Of a stretch of DNA of 64,000 nucleotides, positions 50,887 through 59,614 are shown one piece after another. The position numbers and the translations under genes were made by a program. The DNA is from Aquabacterium sp. (GTDB taxonomy: Bacteria > Pseudomonadota > Gammaproteobacteria > Burkholderiales > Burkholderiaceae_C): assembly GCA_030654395.1 (NCBI GenBank), contig JAURXM010000075.1, positions 12,274-76,273 on the forward strand, given 5' to 3'. The notes beneath the pieces are model-generated. The model ran no database searches. It was given only the letters and a program-made list of their open reading frames with translations, and was not told the DNA's origin. How positions within the stretch are numbered: position 1 is the first letter of the stretch; the number at the start of each line of letters is the position of its first letter.

Positions 50887-52860
50887 TTAGCCCTCACGCG
50901 AGGGCCATACAAAGCGTAAAGGCTCACACCTAAACCGTTTGAGAATAGCTTGGTTGATCACCCTTCTATCGACCTGTGACACGTTGTGTGCACGCAGCGC
51001 GACACGAAACGCCAGCCCAAAACTCACCAACACGTTCAAGGCCCCCATGACCGGCAAACAGGCAACGGCCCACCAAAGAGAGGGCTCATACACCACGTCC
51101 CACCCCAAGGTTGCACAGGCCATACCCAGTTGCCCGGCAGACAAAGTGACATGACGAACATCCAGTCCAACGCCCAAAAAACCGAAAACAGAGGGGACCA
51201 GACCAAGCATCAAACCCAGAGAAATATTGGCCGCGAACCCTGAAATGTTGTCCCTGAAGAAGGATGCCGCCCAATCAGCCCGCGCTACCCCAAGCCAACT
51301 TGTCACCTTCGGGTTGTACCTCAACGCCGAATCCACGCGATGCAGCACAAACCAGTTCTCTACCCAGCCTGCAAAAATCGAACTTGAAAACAGCAATACC
51401 CCAGTGAATGCAGCAAACAAAGCCGATGGCCCCAGCAGCGTAATCGAATGCAAGACATAGTCTGCCGTGGCTGGGGTGATGAATGAGCGACCAAACACCA
51501 AGGACCAAATCATTGAGATGGCCGCAGTCAATGGGAAAACCATAGCCACATTCCCAAAAACAGCCGCCACTTGCGAACGCACAAGATGCGTGAACTCATC
51601 GACAAAATGATCCACGGCATCGGGTGCCGAGATATTTTTAAGTTTGGCTGCCATGGCCGGCGCCGTCATGGCGGGCTGTTTGGTTGCCACCGTGTAGTGC
51701 AACAACTGAATCAGCACAAAGCTGGCTGCGTACACAACCCCAGCCCAAAAACCATACCAAAAGGCCGAGAGACCCAACGCCATCACACTGAATTTGAGTG
51801 CCGTGGTCAAGGCAATGATGCCGCCACCTCCGGCAGATTGCCTCAACATCGCTTTGTATTCAGCCCAATTGCGGGTGATGTAGTGCTCGCCTGTTTCTGC
51901 GTTGCGCTCAGCCACCTTCGCTGCCAGCAGCGACGCATTGGCATCGATCAAGTCACGGATGCTGCCCTGCGTTTTCCCCACGACAGCGAGGTGAGCCAAC
52001 AGACGCGCTGTGTGCTGATGGTTTGGATCGTCCAACAAACAGTCCATCAAGGTCCGGATGCGTGCCACCCGCTTGCTAAATTGACGCAAACGAAAAACCA
52101 AATCGACAGAGATACCATGCTCGTCCAAATGCGTATAAACAGAAGATGCAGCAAGACAGCACTGGTCAAGTTGCGTCTCAAAATGGAGCGCGACCGGCGA
52201 CACATCTCTGCCGGCCAAACAAGCATCACGCACTTCATCCCAAACGGAAGCCAAAGTATGGAATGGACTGGCTTCGTGCGCAGTCGGGCTCATGCGCAAG
52301 CGCACTTCAGGTGAAAACCCAAAAGCACGGATCTGACTGGTACAAAAAGTGATGGCCTCCATCAGCGTGTATTGCCAATAAGTGATACCGGATGCTGCCC
52401 CAACCCGTGACCGTAAGCCAAGCAACTGCGCCAACCGTGCCAAACTGGCCACAGACAATGCCGTTAACCATTGCGGATCAAACTCACTGTTCAATACCTG
52501 CGGGAACAACTCACAGGCATCCACTGTCTCCGGGGTTGCAGGCAAAAACTTGCGGTGCAGTCGATCAGTCAACTCACTCACAAAAGCGCTGCGTGAAGCA
52601 AAGCCGTAATCAGACATCAAAACGCTGCCATCCACCGTGTCCGATAGACGCAGCCACCATGCCCTCAACTGATCAGTGGTGTGGGGACGAGCCTTGAGCA
52701 CATCCAACAGCAAATCAACGCGCCCAATGGCGGCATCAACCGAGGTTTCGTCACCACGAATCCACCTCATCAGCGACATCAACCACAGGTGGCGATGCGC
52801 AAGATCAGCGTCAGGATCAATACGGTCCAGCAAAAAATACAAGTCAGGCGGAGATAGCAT
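50887..52860 (-). CDS. Gcr-family protein (annotated 'site-specific recombinase'; polytopic membrane C-terminal half)
   Basis: GISVDLVF, ETGEHYITR, ATKQPAMTA, VRSQ.AAV.GN, LDVRHVTLS.GQL. Confidence 0.85.
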   Translation of the reverse strand: MLSPPDLYFLLDRIDPDADLAHRHLWLMSLMRWIRGDETSVDAAIGRVDLLLDVLKARPHTTDQLRAWWLRLSDTVDGSVLMSDYGFASRSAFVSELTDRLHRKFLPATPETVDACELFPQVLNSEFDPQWLTALSVASLARLAQLLGLRSRVGAASGITYWQYTLMEAITFCTSQIRAFGFSPEVRLRMSPTAHEASPFHTLASVWDEVRDACLAGRDVSPVALHFETQLDQCCLAASSVYTHLDEHGISVDLVFRLRQFSKRVARIRTLMDCLLDDPNHQHTARLLAHLAVVGKTQGSIRDLIDANASLLAAKVAERNAETGEHYITRNWAEYKAMLRQSAGGGGIIALTTALKFSVMALGLSAFWYGFWAGVVYAASFVLIQLLHYTVATKQPAMTAPAMAAKLKNISAPDAVDHFVDEFTHLVRSQVAAVFGNVAMVFPLTAAISMIWSLVFGRSFITPATADYVLHSITLLGPSALFAAFTGVLLFSSSIFAGWVENWFVLHRVDSALRYNPKVTSWLGVARADWAASFFRDNISGFAANISLGLMLGLVPSVFGFLGVGLDVRHVTLSAGQLGMACATLGWDVVYEPSLWWAVACLPVMGALNVLVSFGLAFRVALRAHNVSQVDRRVINQAILKRFRCEPLRFVWPSREG

Positions 52861-52874
52861 ACGCAGATGCTATC

Positions 52875-52884
52875 CGAAAGCCGA
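52875..52884 (+). repeat. right copy of direct repeat CGAAAGCCGA
   Basis: Identical to 43446-43455; lies 6 nt before the hipA ATG. Confidence 0.6.
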
Positions 52885-52890
52885 AACGCC

Positions 52891-54210
52891 ATGATCAAAC
52901 CCAAAAATGCAGCCCCATACCGCCGTGTTGAGCGCATCAACGTGCGGATCTGGGGTCAGTTTGTGGGTGCCGTGGCACTGGACCCCGGCTACGGCATCTA
53001 TGTATTCGCCTTTGACCCAGCCTTCCAGAAAAAAGGCATTGAACTGTCCCCTTTGCAGATGCCCTTATCCAAAGCGGCACTGCCTTTTTTCTTCCCCGAC
53101 TTGCCAGAGGCCACGTTCAAACGCCTGCCTTCGATGCTCGCCGATGCCTTGCCTGATGACTTTGGCAACAGCCTGATCGACAAATTCATGGCAGAACGCG
53201 GCGTCCCCATTGGGTCGGTCACAGCCTTAGACCGGCTGGCTTACATGGGTCAGCGTGCCATGGGCGCCTTGGAGTTCGAGCCGACTCGTGGCCCTAAAAC
53301 CTCACGCCCCACTGCCATAGAGATGGGCGGATTGGTCAATGCCGCACGTCAAGCTGTGCATGGCTCGTTCGATGATGAAGACCACACATCGTCTGCACTC
53401 AGAAGCATCATTGAAGTAGGCACCTCCGCAGGCGGCGCCAGGGCCAAGGCCGTCATCGCATGGCAACCAGACACCAATGAAATGCGATCAGGTCAATTTG
53501 ATGCCCCCGATGGCTTTGAGCACTGGCTATTGAAGTTTGATGGCATGGGGCCTGACAGCGAACTGGGGGCATCACAAGACTACGGCCGCATAGAGTATGC
53601 ATACCACTTGATGGCACGAGAAGCCGGCATCCAGATGACCCCATGCAGGCTGCTCACCGAGAACGACCGCGCCCATTTCATGACTCAGCGATTTGACCGA
53701 GAAGGTGGCCAGACCCGCCATCACATGCAAACGCTGTGTGCCATGGCCCATGTGGACTACAAGAAAAAAGGCACCAACGCGTATGCACAGCTTTTCATGA
53801 GCATCAAGGCGTTAGGCCTACCTGCCAGCGCCATGGCTGAAGCATTCCGCCGGATGGCGTTCAATGTCGCAGGCAAAAACTGCGATGACCACAGCAAAAA
53901 TTTCTCGTTCATTTTGCGGGAGGGTGCGCCACGTTGGGACTTGGCCCCAGCCTATGACGTGACCTTCGCACACAACCCGGTGGGCGAATGGACTTCTCAA
54001 CATTTGATGTCAGTCAATGGCAAATTCAAGGACATCAACAAGGCGGACTTCATGGCTGAAGCCGAGCGCTTCGCCATCGGTGGCGCGGCCGATATGCTCA
54101 AAGAAGTCGACGAGGCCATCGCCAAGTGGGCCACGTTTGCACATGAGGCTGGTGTTGATCAGCACGTTGCGCAACACATTGCCAAACATCACATCTCAGT
54201 CAGTCGTTGA
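52891..54210 (+). CDS. hipA: HipA-family Ser/Thr kinase toxin
   Basis: LADALPDDFG, GTSAGGARAKA, LLKFD, RFDR, NCDDHSKNFS, LAPAYD. Confidence 0.93.
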   Translation: MIKPKNAAPYRRVERINVRIWGQFVGAVALDPGYGIYVFAFDPAFQKKGIELSPLQMPLSKAALPFFFPDLPEATFKRLPSMLADALPDDFGNSLIDKFMAERGVPIGSVTALDRLAYMGQRAMGALEFEPTRGPKTSRPTAIEMGGLVNAARQAVHGSFDDEDHTSSALRSIIEVGTSAGGARAKAVIAWQPDTNEMRSGQFDAPDGFEHWLLKFDGMGPDSELGASQDYGRIEYAYHLMAREAGIQMTPCRLLTENDRAHFMTQRFDREGGQTRHHMQTLCAMAHVDYKKKGTNAYAQLFMSIKALGLPASAMAEAFRRMAFNVAGKNCDDHSKNFSFILREGAPRWDLAPAYDVTFAHNPVGEWTSQHLMSVNGKFKDINKADFMAEAERFAIGGAADMLKEVDEAIAKWATFAHEAGVDQHVAQHIAKHHISVSR

Positions 54211-54603
54211 TTTGTACGCTTGTCTTTCAAAGTGGTTATCTCTGTATCCTCGGCGCCCATTGAGCACCTGCCACATGCTAGACACCATGTAGGCCGGCAA
54301 AAAGAAAACACCCCACCTCTCGTACTGACGCACGTGCACCCGCTCATGCAAGCGCAGCGCACTGAGCTCAGCGCGACTGCGCCCTAAAACGACATGACCC
54401 AGCGTCATGGCGTCAACAAAATGGCGTGATACCGACCACCGTCCCACGTAGCGCCAAGGCAAACCACCACTGAACTCCAACGTGCCAGCCACCATGTCGA
54501 CGCGCCCGCCCAAAGCCAGCATGACGAGACCAAAAATCAACCCGACTGCGCTATTGGGCGCCGCCCACGCATAAGCGAGTAAACGTCTGGCACGTACGAC
54601 CAT
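54196..54603 (-). CDS. hypothetical protein with HExxH (zincin-like) motif
   Basis: AMTLGHVV, HERVHVRQYERWG, DNHFERQA. Confidence 0.7.
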   Translation of the reverse strand: MVVRARRLLAYAWAAPNSAVGLIFGLVMLALGGRVDMVAGTLEFSGGLPWRYVGRWSVSRHFVDAMTLGHVVLGRSRAELSALRLHERVHVRQYERWGVFFLPAYMVSSMWQVLNGRRGYRDNHFERQAYKSTTD

Positions 54604-55028
54604 CAGTCGAGCATGCTGGCAGGTATGTTGCCGCCGTTCTCCGCCAGCTTCTTCAGGACCGCCTTATGCAGCCACATGTTCATCTGCGCAGAGTCGCCCA
54701 TTTTGTCTGCAGGACAAGCCAATTCAACGGCCAAATCTTTGCGTGCCTGCAGGCTGCTCTCCAAACCGAGCAATTTCAGGAGGTCAACAATGGAGACCTT
54801 CCAGTTCAGCGTCTCGCTGTGGCTACTTGTGAGTGCTTGCAGCTTGGCAACCACATCGACATCACTGATGGCGACTGCGCTTGCTGCAACAACAGGCTTT
54901 GCCTCAGGCTGTACAGCAACCGCAACCGCAACCGCTGGGGCGACAGCGACTGGCGCAGCAGCCACAACAGCATCGTTACTATTACCACCCATGCCAAGCT
55001 TCGACAAAATTGTTCCGAAAATACTCAT
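54603..55028 (-). CDS. DUF3597-domain protein
   Basis: LNWKVSIVDLLKLLGL.SSL.ARK.LA, MNMWLHK.VL.KLAENGG. Confidence 0.85.
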   Translation of the reverse strand: MSIFGTILSKLGMGGNSNDAVVAAAPVAVAPAVAVAVAVQPEAKPVVAASAVAISDVDVVAKLQALTSSHSETLNWKVSIVDLLKLLGLESSLQARKDLAVELACPADKMGDSAQMNMWLHKAVLKKLAENGGNIPASMLD

Positions 55029-55122
55029 GACCAGTCCCAAAAAACGTTGATGTGCCTCAGCATGGCACGCACGCACACCGACAACCACCCCAAATACAAG
55101 GGGGCTCGCCTAGACACTGAGG

Positions 55123-58100
55123 CTAGCGCACTTGAGCCATCAAATCAGCCCACTGCTGACGCGCGGCCAGCACATGGGCATGGCGCACAGGCCCGTAGCC
55201 TTTGATGGTGTCGGCCAGTTCGGCCACTTTGCAAGCCCAATCCAGCTTGCGCGCATCCAACGTAGACACAATCGTGTCCAGCATAGACAAATACATCGCC
55301 AGCACAGCCCGGTCTTCACGTCGATCTTGGCTATAACCCATCGGGTCAAGCCACGTGCCGCGCAGCACACGCCCATAAGCCACGCCTTGCAATGCCCATC
55401 GCCACACAGGGCCAAACGCGCGTTTGGCGGGGCGTGCATCAGCTTGTTTTGCCCCCCCCAGCATGGGCGGCGCCAGATGGAAAACCATCTTCCAATCGCC
55501 TTCGAACTGCTGTGCAATCTGCGCTTTGAAGGCATCTGATGTCAGCAGCCGCGCCACCTCATACTCATCCTTGTAGGCCATCAACTTAAACAAATTGCGC
55601 GCCACAGCCTCGCTCAAACGGGTGCTACCTAGCTTGGACTCTGCTTGGCGCACACGCTCAACCACGAAGCGATAGCGTTCGCCATACGCGGCGTTCTGGT
55701 AGTCCACGAGATAGGCCTGCCGCCGAGCAACAAGCGTATCCAAATCCTCATGGCCAATTTTGAACGGCCTTGCTACCCACTTCACGGGCTGAGCAGGCAA
55801 ACTCATGCGAGCCACCATCACAGGGTCAAAGGCAGCTCGGCGCCCCCATTCAAAGGCCAATAAATTGCGTTCAACCTGTACCCCATTGAGCTCAATTGCC
55901 CGAGTCAGCGAGCTCAAATTCAAAGGCACCCAACCCATCTGCCACGCATACCCCAACATCAAAGGATTGGCGTAAATGGCATCGCCCACAAGCCGATTGG
56001 CCAACAAAACAGCATCCATCCGCTTGACTGCAGCCACACCCACAGCATCAGCCAGAACGTGATCACAATGTCCGGCTGGAAATTGCCAATCTGGATCCTG
56101 CATCAATGCCGCAGTCGGCGTGTGATGCGTATTGAGCGCGATGTGCGTCCGCCCGTTTTGCATCACAGCCACCGTGATGGCATGGGCTGCAACGATGGGG
56201 TCGCAGGCGATAACCAGATCGGCCTCACCCATGCCGACTTTGTTGGTGTAGATCGCACCAGGGTCATCGGCTATCTGCACATGGCTCCATGTGGCGCCAC
56301 CCTTTTGCGCCAACCCCGCAGACTCTTGCGTGACCACGCCCTTGCCTTCAAGGTGCGCCGCCATGCCCAGCAATTGGCCGATGGTGATCACACCCGTGCC
56401 ACCAACGCCCGCCACCACAATGCCAAACGCCTTTGCTGCGCTAGGCAGATCAGGCTCGGGCATAGGGGGCAGCTTACCCAAATCAGGGGCGCCATCTTTT
56501 GGCTTAGGCGCCTTTAACTGCCCACCCTCTATCGTGACCAAGCTCGGGCAGAACCCTTTCACGCATGAAAAATCCTGATTACATGAGCTCTGATTGATGC
56601 GACGTTTGCGGCCAAATTCAGTATCCACTGGCTCCACGCTCAAACAATTGGACTGCACGCCGCAATCCCCGCAACCTTCACACACCAACTCGTTGATCAC
56701 CACCCGCTTGGTCAACGTCGGCATCGTGCCGCGCTTGCGGCGACGGCGCTTCTCTGTGGCGCATGTCTGCTCATAGATGATGACGGTGCAGCCCTCCACC
56801 TCGCGCAAATCCTTTTGCACCTGATCCAACAGATCACGGTGAAACACCTGTACGCCAGGCGCCAAGTCATCCATGTCATCGTATTTATCCGGGTCATCGC
56901 TGACCACCACCACGCGACGTGCGCCCTCTGCATGCACCTCTCTTGTCATGGCAGACACAGACAAGGTGCCATCCACAGGCTGTCCTCCTGTCATGGCCAC
57001 CGCGTCGTTGAACAAGATTTTGTAGGTGACGTTGACCTTGGCCGCGATGGCTTGTCGCAGGGCCAACAAGCCAGAGTGAAAGTAAGTACCGTCCCCCAAG
57101 TTGACGAACACATGCTTCTCATCTGTGAATGGTGCCTGACCGACCCAGTTCACGCCCTCCCCGCCCATTTGCGTGAAGGTGCCCGTATTGCGGTCCATCC
57201 ACATGGCCATATAGTGGCAACCGATACCGGCCATGGCACGAGAGCCATCTGGCACACGTGTTGACGTGTTGTGCGGGCAACCGCTGCAAAACCACGGCGC
57301 GCGCTCCACGCTTTGGGATTGCGTCTCCAGCGCACGCTCCTTGGCCTCAATCGCATGCAAGCGCTCAGCCACGCGCGCGCGCAAAGCCGAATCAGCACGG
57401 TCAAGCAAACCCAGCTTCTCAATGCGCTGCGCCACCGCCTTGGCGATGATGGCCGGGTTGAGATCCGCCTTGGCACGCAACAACCACCTCGATGCCGGAT
57501 TCGCCACCGACCACTCCCCGCCCGTGAAGTCACCCTCAGGCTCGCTGAACTTACCCAGCACATTGGGGCGCACATCTTCACGCCAGTTGTACAACTCCTC
57601 TTTGAGTTGGTACTCGATCATTTGGCGTTTTTCTTCGACCACCAAAATCTCTTGCAAGCCCGTGGCGAACTCACGCGTGATGCTCGCCTCCAGCGGCCAC
57701 ACCACCGCCACCTTGTGCACACGCAACCCGATTGCGCGGCAATCATCATCACTGAGACCTAGATCGTGCAAAGCCTGACGCAGATCGTTGTAAGCCTTGC
57801 CACTGGCGATCAAACCCAAACGGGCATGATCGCTGTCCAATACCGTGGCGTTGAGCCGGTTCGCACGCACATAAGCCAGTGCGGCGTACCACTTGTAGTC
57901 CATCAAACGCGCCTCTTGGGACAAGGGCGTATCGGGCCAACGGATGTGCAGGCCACCAGCAGGCACGACAAAATCCTCCGGCATGATGATGCGCACGCGA
58001 TCCGGGTCCACACTCACGGTGCTCGACGACTCAACGACCTCTTGTATGGCCTTGAGGCTGCTCCACAAGCCAGAAAACCGGCTCATGGCAAACGCGTGCA

Positions 58101-58683
58101 AACCAAGGTCCAATATCTCTTGTGCGTTGCTGGGGAAAAACACCGGTAGTCCGCATGCCTTGAAGATGTGATCACTCTGGTGCGCAACCGATGAGCTCTT
58201 GGCCACATGGTCATCGCCAGCCACCGCCACCACGCCACCATACTGGGCTGTGCCTGCCATGTTCGCGTGCTTGAACACATCCGAACACCGGTCAACCCCA
58301 GGCCCCTTGCCGTACCACAGACCAAAAACACCATCAAAACGATGCGGCCCCGGCGTCAAGGGCAATTGCTGCGTACCCCATACGGCTGTGGCGCCCAGCT
58401 CCTCATTGACTCCGGGCTGGAAAACGATGTTGTGCTTTTTCAGGTGCGACTTGGCCTGCCACAGCGCCTGGTCATAGCCCCCCAAAGGCGAGCCCCGATA
58501 GCCACTGATAAAGCCCGCTGTATTTAAGCCAGACAAGGCATCTCGTGTGTGCTGCAAGATGGGCAGGCGAACCAAGGCCTGAATCCCACTCATGAAAGCA
58601 CGGCCACTATCAAGCGCGTACTTGTCATCGAGCGACAAAGTGGCAAGCGCCTTGAGCACATCAGCAGGCAGCGGAGCGTTCAT
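55123..58683 (-). CDS. indolepyruvate ferredoxin oxidoreductase family protein (fused alpha/beta)
   Basis: SGYRGSPLG, WYGKGPGVDR, FCSGCPH, GDGTY.HSG, CEGCGDC, GVGGTGV, AYKDEYEVARL. Confidence 0.95.
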   Translation of the reverse strand: MNAPLPADVLKALATLSLDDKYALDSGRAFMSGIQALVRLPILQHTRDALSGLNTAGFISGYRGSPLGGYDQALWQAKSHLKKHNIVFQPGVNEELGATAVWGTQQLPLTPGPHRFDGVFGLWYGKGPGVDRCSDVFKHANMAGTAQYGGVVAVAGDDHVAKSSSVAHQSDHIFKACGLPVFFPSNAQEILDLGLHAFAMSRFSGLWSSLKAIQEVVESSSTVSVDPDRVRIIMPEDFVVPAGGLHIRWPDTPLSQEARLMDYKWYAALAYVRANRLNATVLDSDHARLGLIASGKAYNDLRQALHDLGLSDDDCRAIGLRVHKVAVVWPLEASITREFATGLQEILVVEEKRQMIEYQLKEELYNWREDVRPNVLGKFSEPEGDFTGGEWSVANPASRWLLRAKADLNPAIIAKAVAQRIEKLGLLDRADSALRARVAERLHAIEAKERALETQSQSVERAPWFCSGCPHNTSTRVPDGSRAMAGIGCHYMAMWMDRNTGTFTQMGGEGVNWVGQAPFTDEKHVFVNLGDGTYFHSGLLALRQAIAAKVNVTYKILFNDAVAMTGGQPVDGTLSVSAMTREVHAEGARRVVVVSDDPDKYDDMDDLAPGVQVFHRDLLDQVQKDLREVEGCTVIIYEQTCATEKRRRRKRGTMPTLTKRVVINELVCEGCGDCGVQSNCLSVEPVDTEFGRKRRINQSSCNQDFSCVKGFCPSLVTIEGGQLKAPKPKDGAPDLGKLPPMPEPDLPSAAKAFGIVVAGVGGTGVITIGQLLGMAAHLEGKGVVTQESAGLAQKGGATWSHVQIADDPGAIYTNKVGMGEADLVIACDPIVAAHAITVAVMQNGRTHIALNTHHTPTAALMQDPDWQFPAGHCDHVLADAVGVAAVKRMDAVLLANRLVGDAIYANPLMLGYAWQMGWVPLNLSSLTRAIELNGVQVERNLLAFEWGRRAAFDPVMVARMSLPAQPVKWVARPFKIGHEDLDTLVARRQAYLVDYQNAAYGERYRFVVERVRQAESKLGSTRLSEAVARNLFKLMAYKDEYEVARLLTSDAFKAQIAQQFEGDWKMVFHLAPPMLGGAKQADARPAKRAFGPVWRWALQGVAYGRVLRGTWLDPMGYSQDRREDRAVLAMYLSMLDTIVSTLDARKLDWACKVAELADTIKGYGPVRHAHVLAARQQWADLMAQVR

Positions 58684-58954
58684 CAGACCTCCTCAGGCCT
58701 GCTGCACCGCGTCATGCCTGATCACGACTGCGACCGACTCGCCGTACAGCAGAAACCCTAGATGACACCCAGTGTAGGCCCGCTCGTCTCCGCGTGGTCA
58801 ATCGGTTTCACGGGGTCAAAACAGGGCTGTTGTAGGCATACCGTGCGTCATATTGTGTTTTTTGCACGACTGCGTGGCGCAATCAAGCTCAAGAAAAGAA
58901 AACGCCAGCACGAGGATAATGTTCCCCTTAGGCTCGGCCATCAGGATTTCGCAC

Positions 58955-59587
58955 ATGTACACAGGTATCGTTCAGGGGCTGGGGCGCGTCGCTGCGCTCA
59001 CACCCACCATCAGCGGCTTACAAATCGCACTTCGCATCCCGCCCGAGCTGCTGCACGAGCTTCAAATTGGCGCCAGCGTCTCGGTGGATGGTGTTTGCCT
59101 CAGCGTGGTGACCATCCAAGGCAACCTGATCTCGTTTGATGCCATCAACGCCACGCTCGACCGCACCAACTTGGGTGACAGGCGCGTAGGTGATGTGGTC
59201 AATATTGAGCGATCGGCTCGCCAAGGCGACGAAAACGGTGGCCATGCCATGTACGGCCACGTGTCTGAAGCCGCCCGCATCAGTTCGATCCAATTGGACG
59301 GCCCCTATGCACACGTGGCTTTATACGTCCGCAATCCATGGGCGCGCTACCTGTTCCCACGTGGCTTTCTGTCCATCAACGGTGCCAGCCTGACCTTGGC
59401 CGAGGCCGACGCAGATCGAGGCTACTGCCGCGTCAACCTGATACCTGAAACCATCCGTGCGACTGGCTTGTTTCAGTACAAGGTTGGCGACCGATTGAAC
59501 ATCGAAGTAGAGTCGCAGACTCAGGTGCTGGTCGATGTGATTGAGCGCGTGCTTGAGCGCAAACTCGGCACCCGCATGACAACATGA
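58955..59587 (+). CDS. riboflavin synthase (alpha chain) family protein
   Basis: MYTGIVQ, GASVSVDGVCL, VNIER, GGH..GHV, INGASLT, NIEV. Confidence 0.88.
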   Translation: MYTGIVQGLGRVAALTPTISGLQIALRIPPELLHELQIGASVSVDGVCLSVVTIQGNLISFDAINATLDRTNLGDRRVGDVVNIERSARQGDENGGHAMYGHVSEAARISSIQLDGPYAHVALYVRNPWARYLFPRGFLSINGASLTLAEADADRGYCRVNLIPETIRATGLFQYKVGDRLNIEVESQTQVLVDVIERVLERKLGTRMTT

Positions 59588-59606
59588 CCACATGACCACA
59601 TGACCG
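59575..59606 (+). repeat. tandem repeat 4 x 8 bp (CATGACCA consensus)
   Basis: catgacaa catgacca catgacca catgaccg, spanning the riboflavin synthase stop codon. Confidence 0.85.
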
Positions 59607-59614
59607 CCTGAGCG

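Noticed and set aside
54916-54935. GCAACC micro-repeat in DUF3597
   Set aside because: Encodes an in-frame Ala-Val linker; ordinary low complexity.
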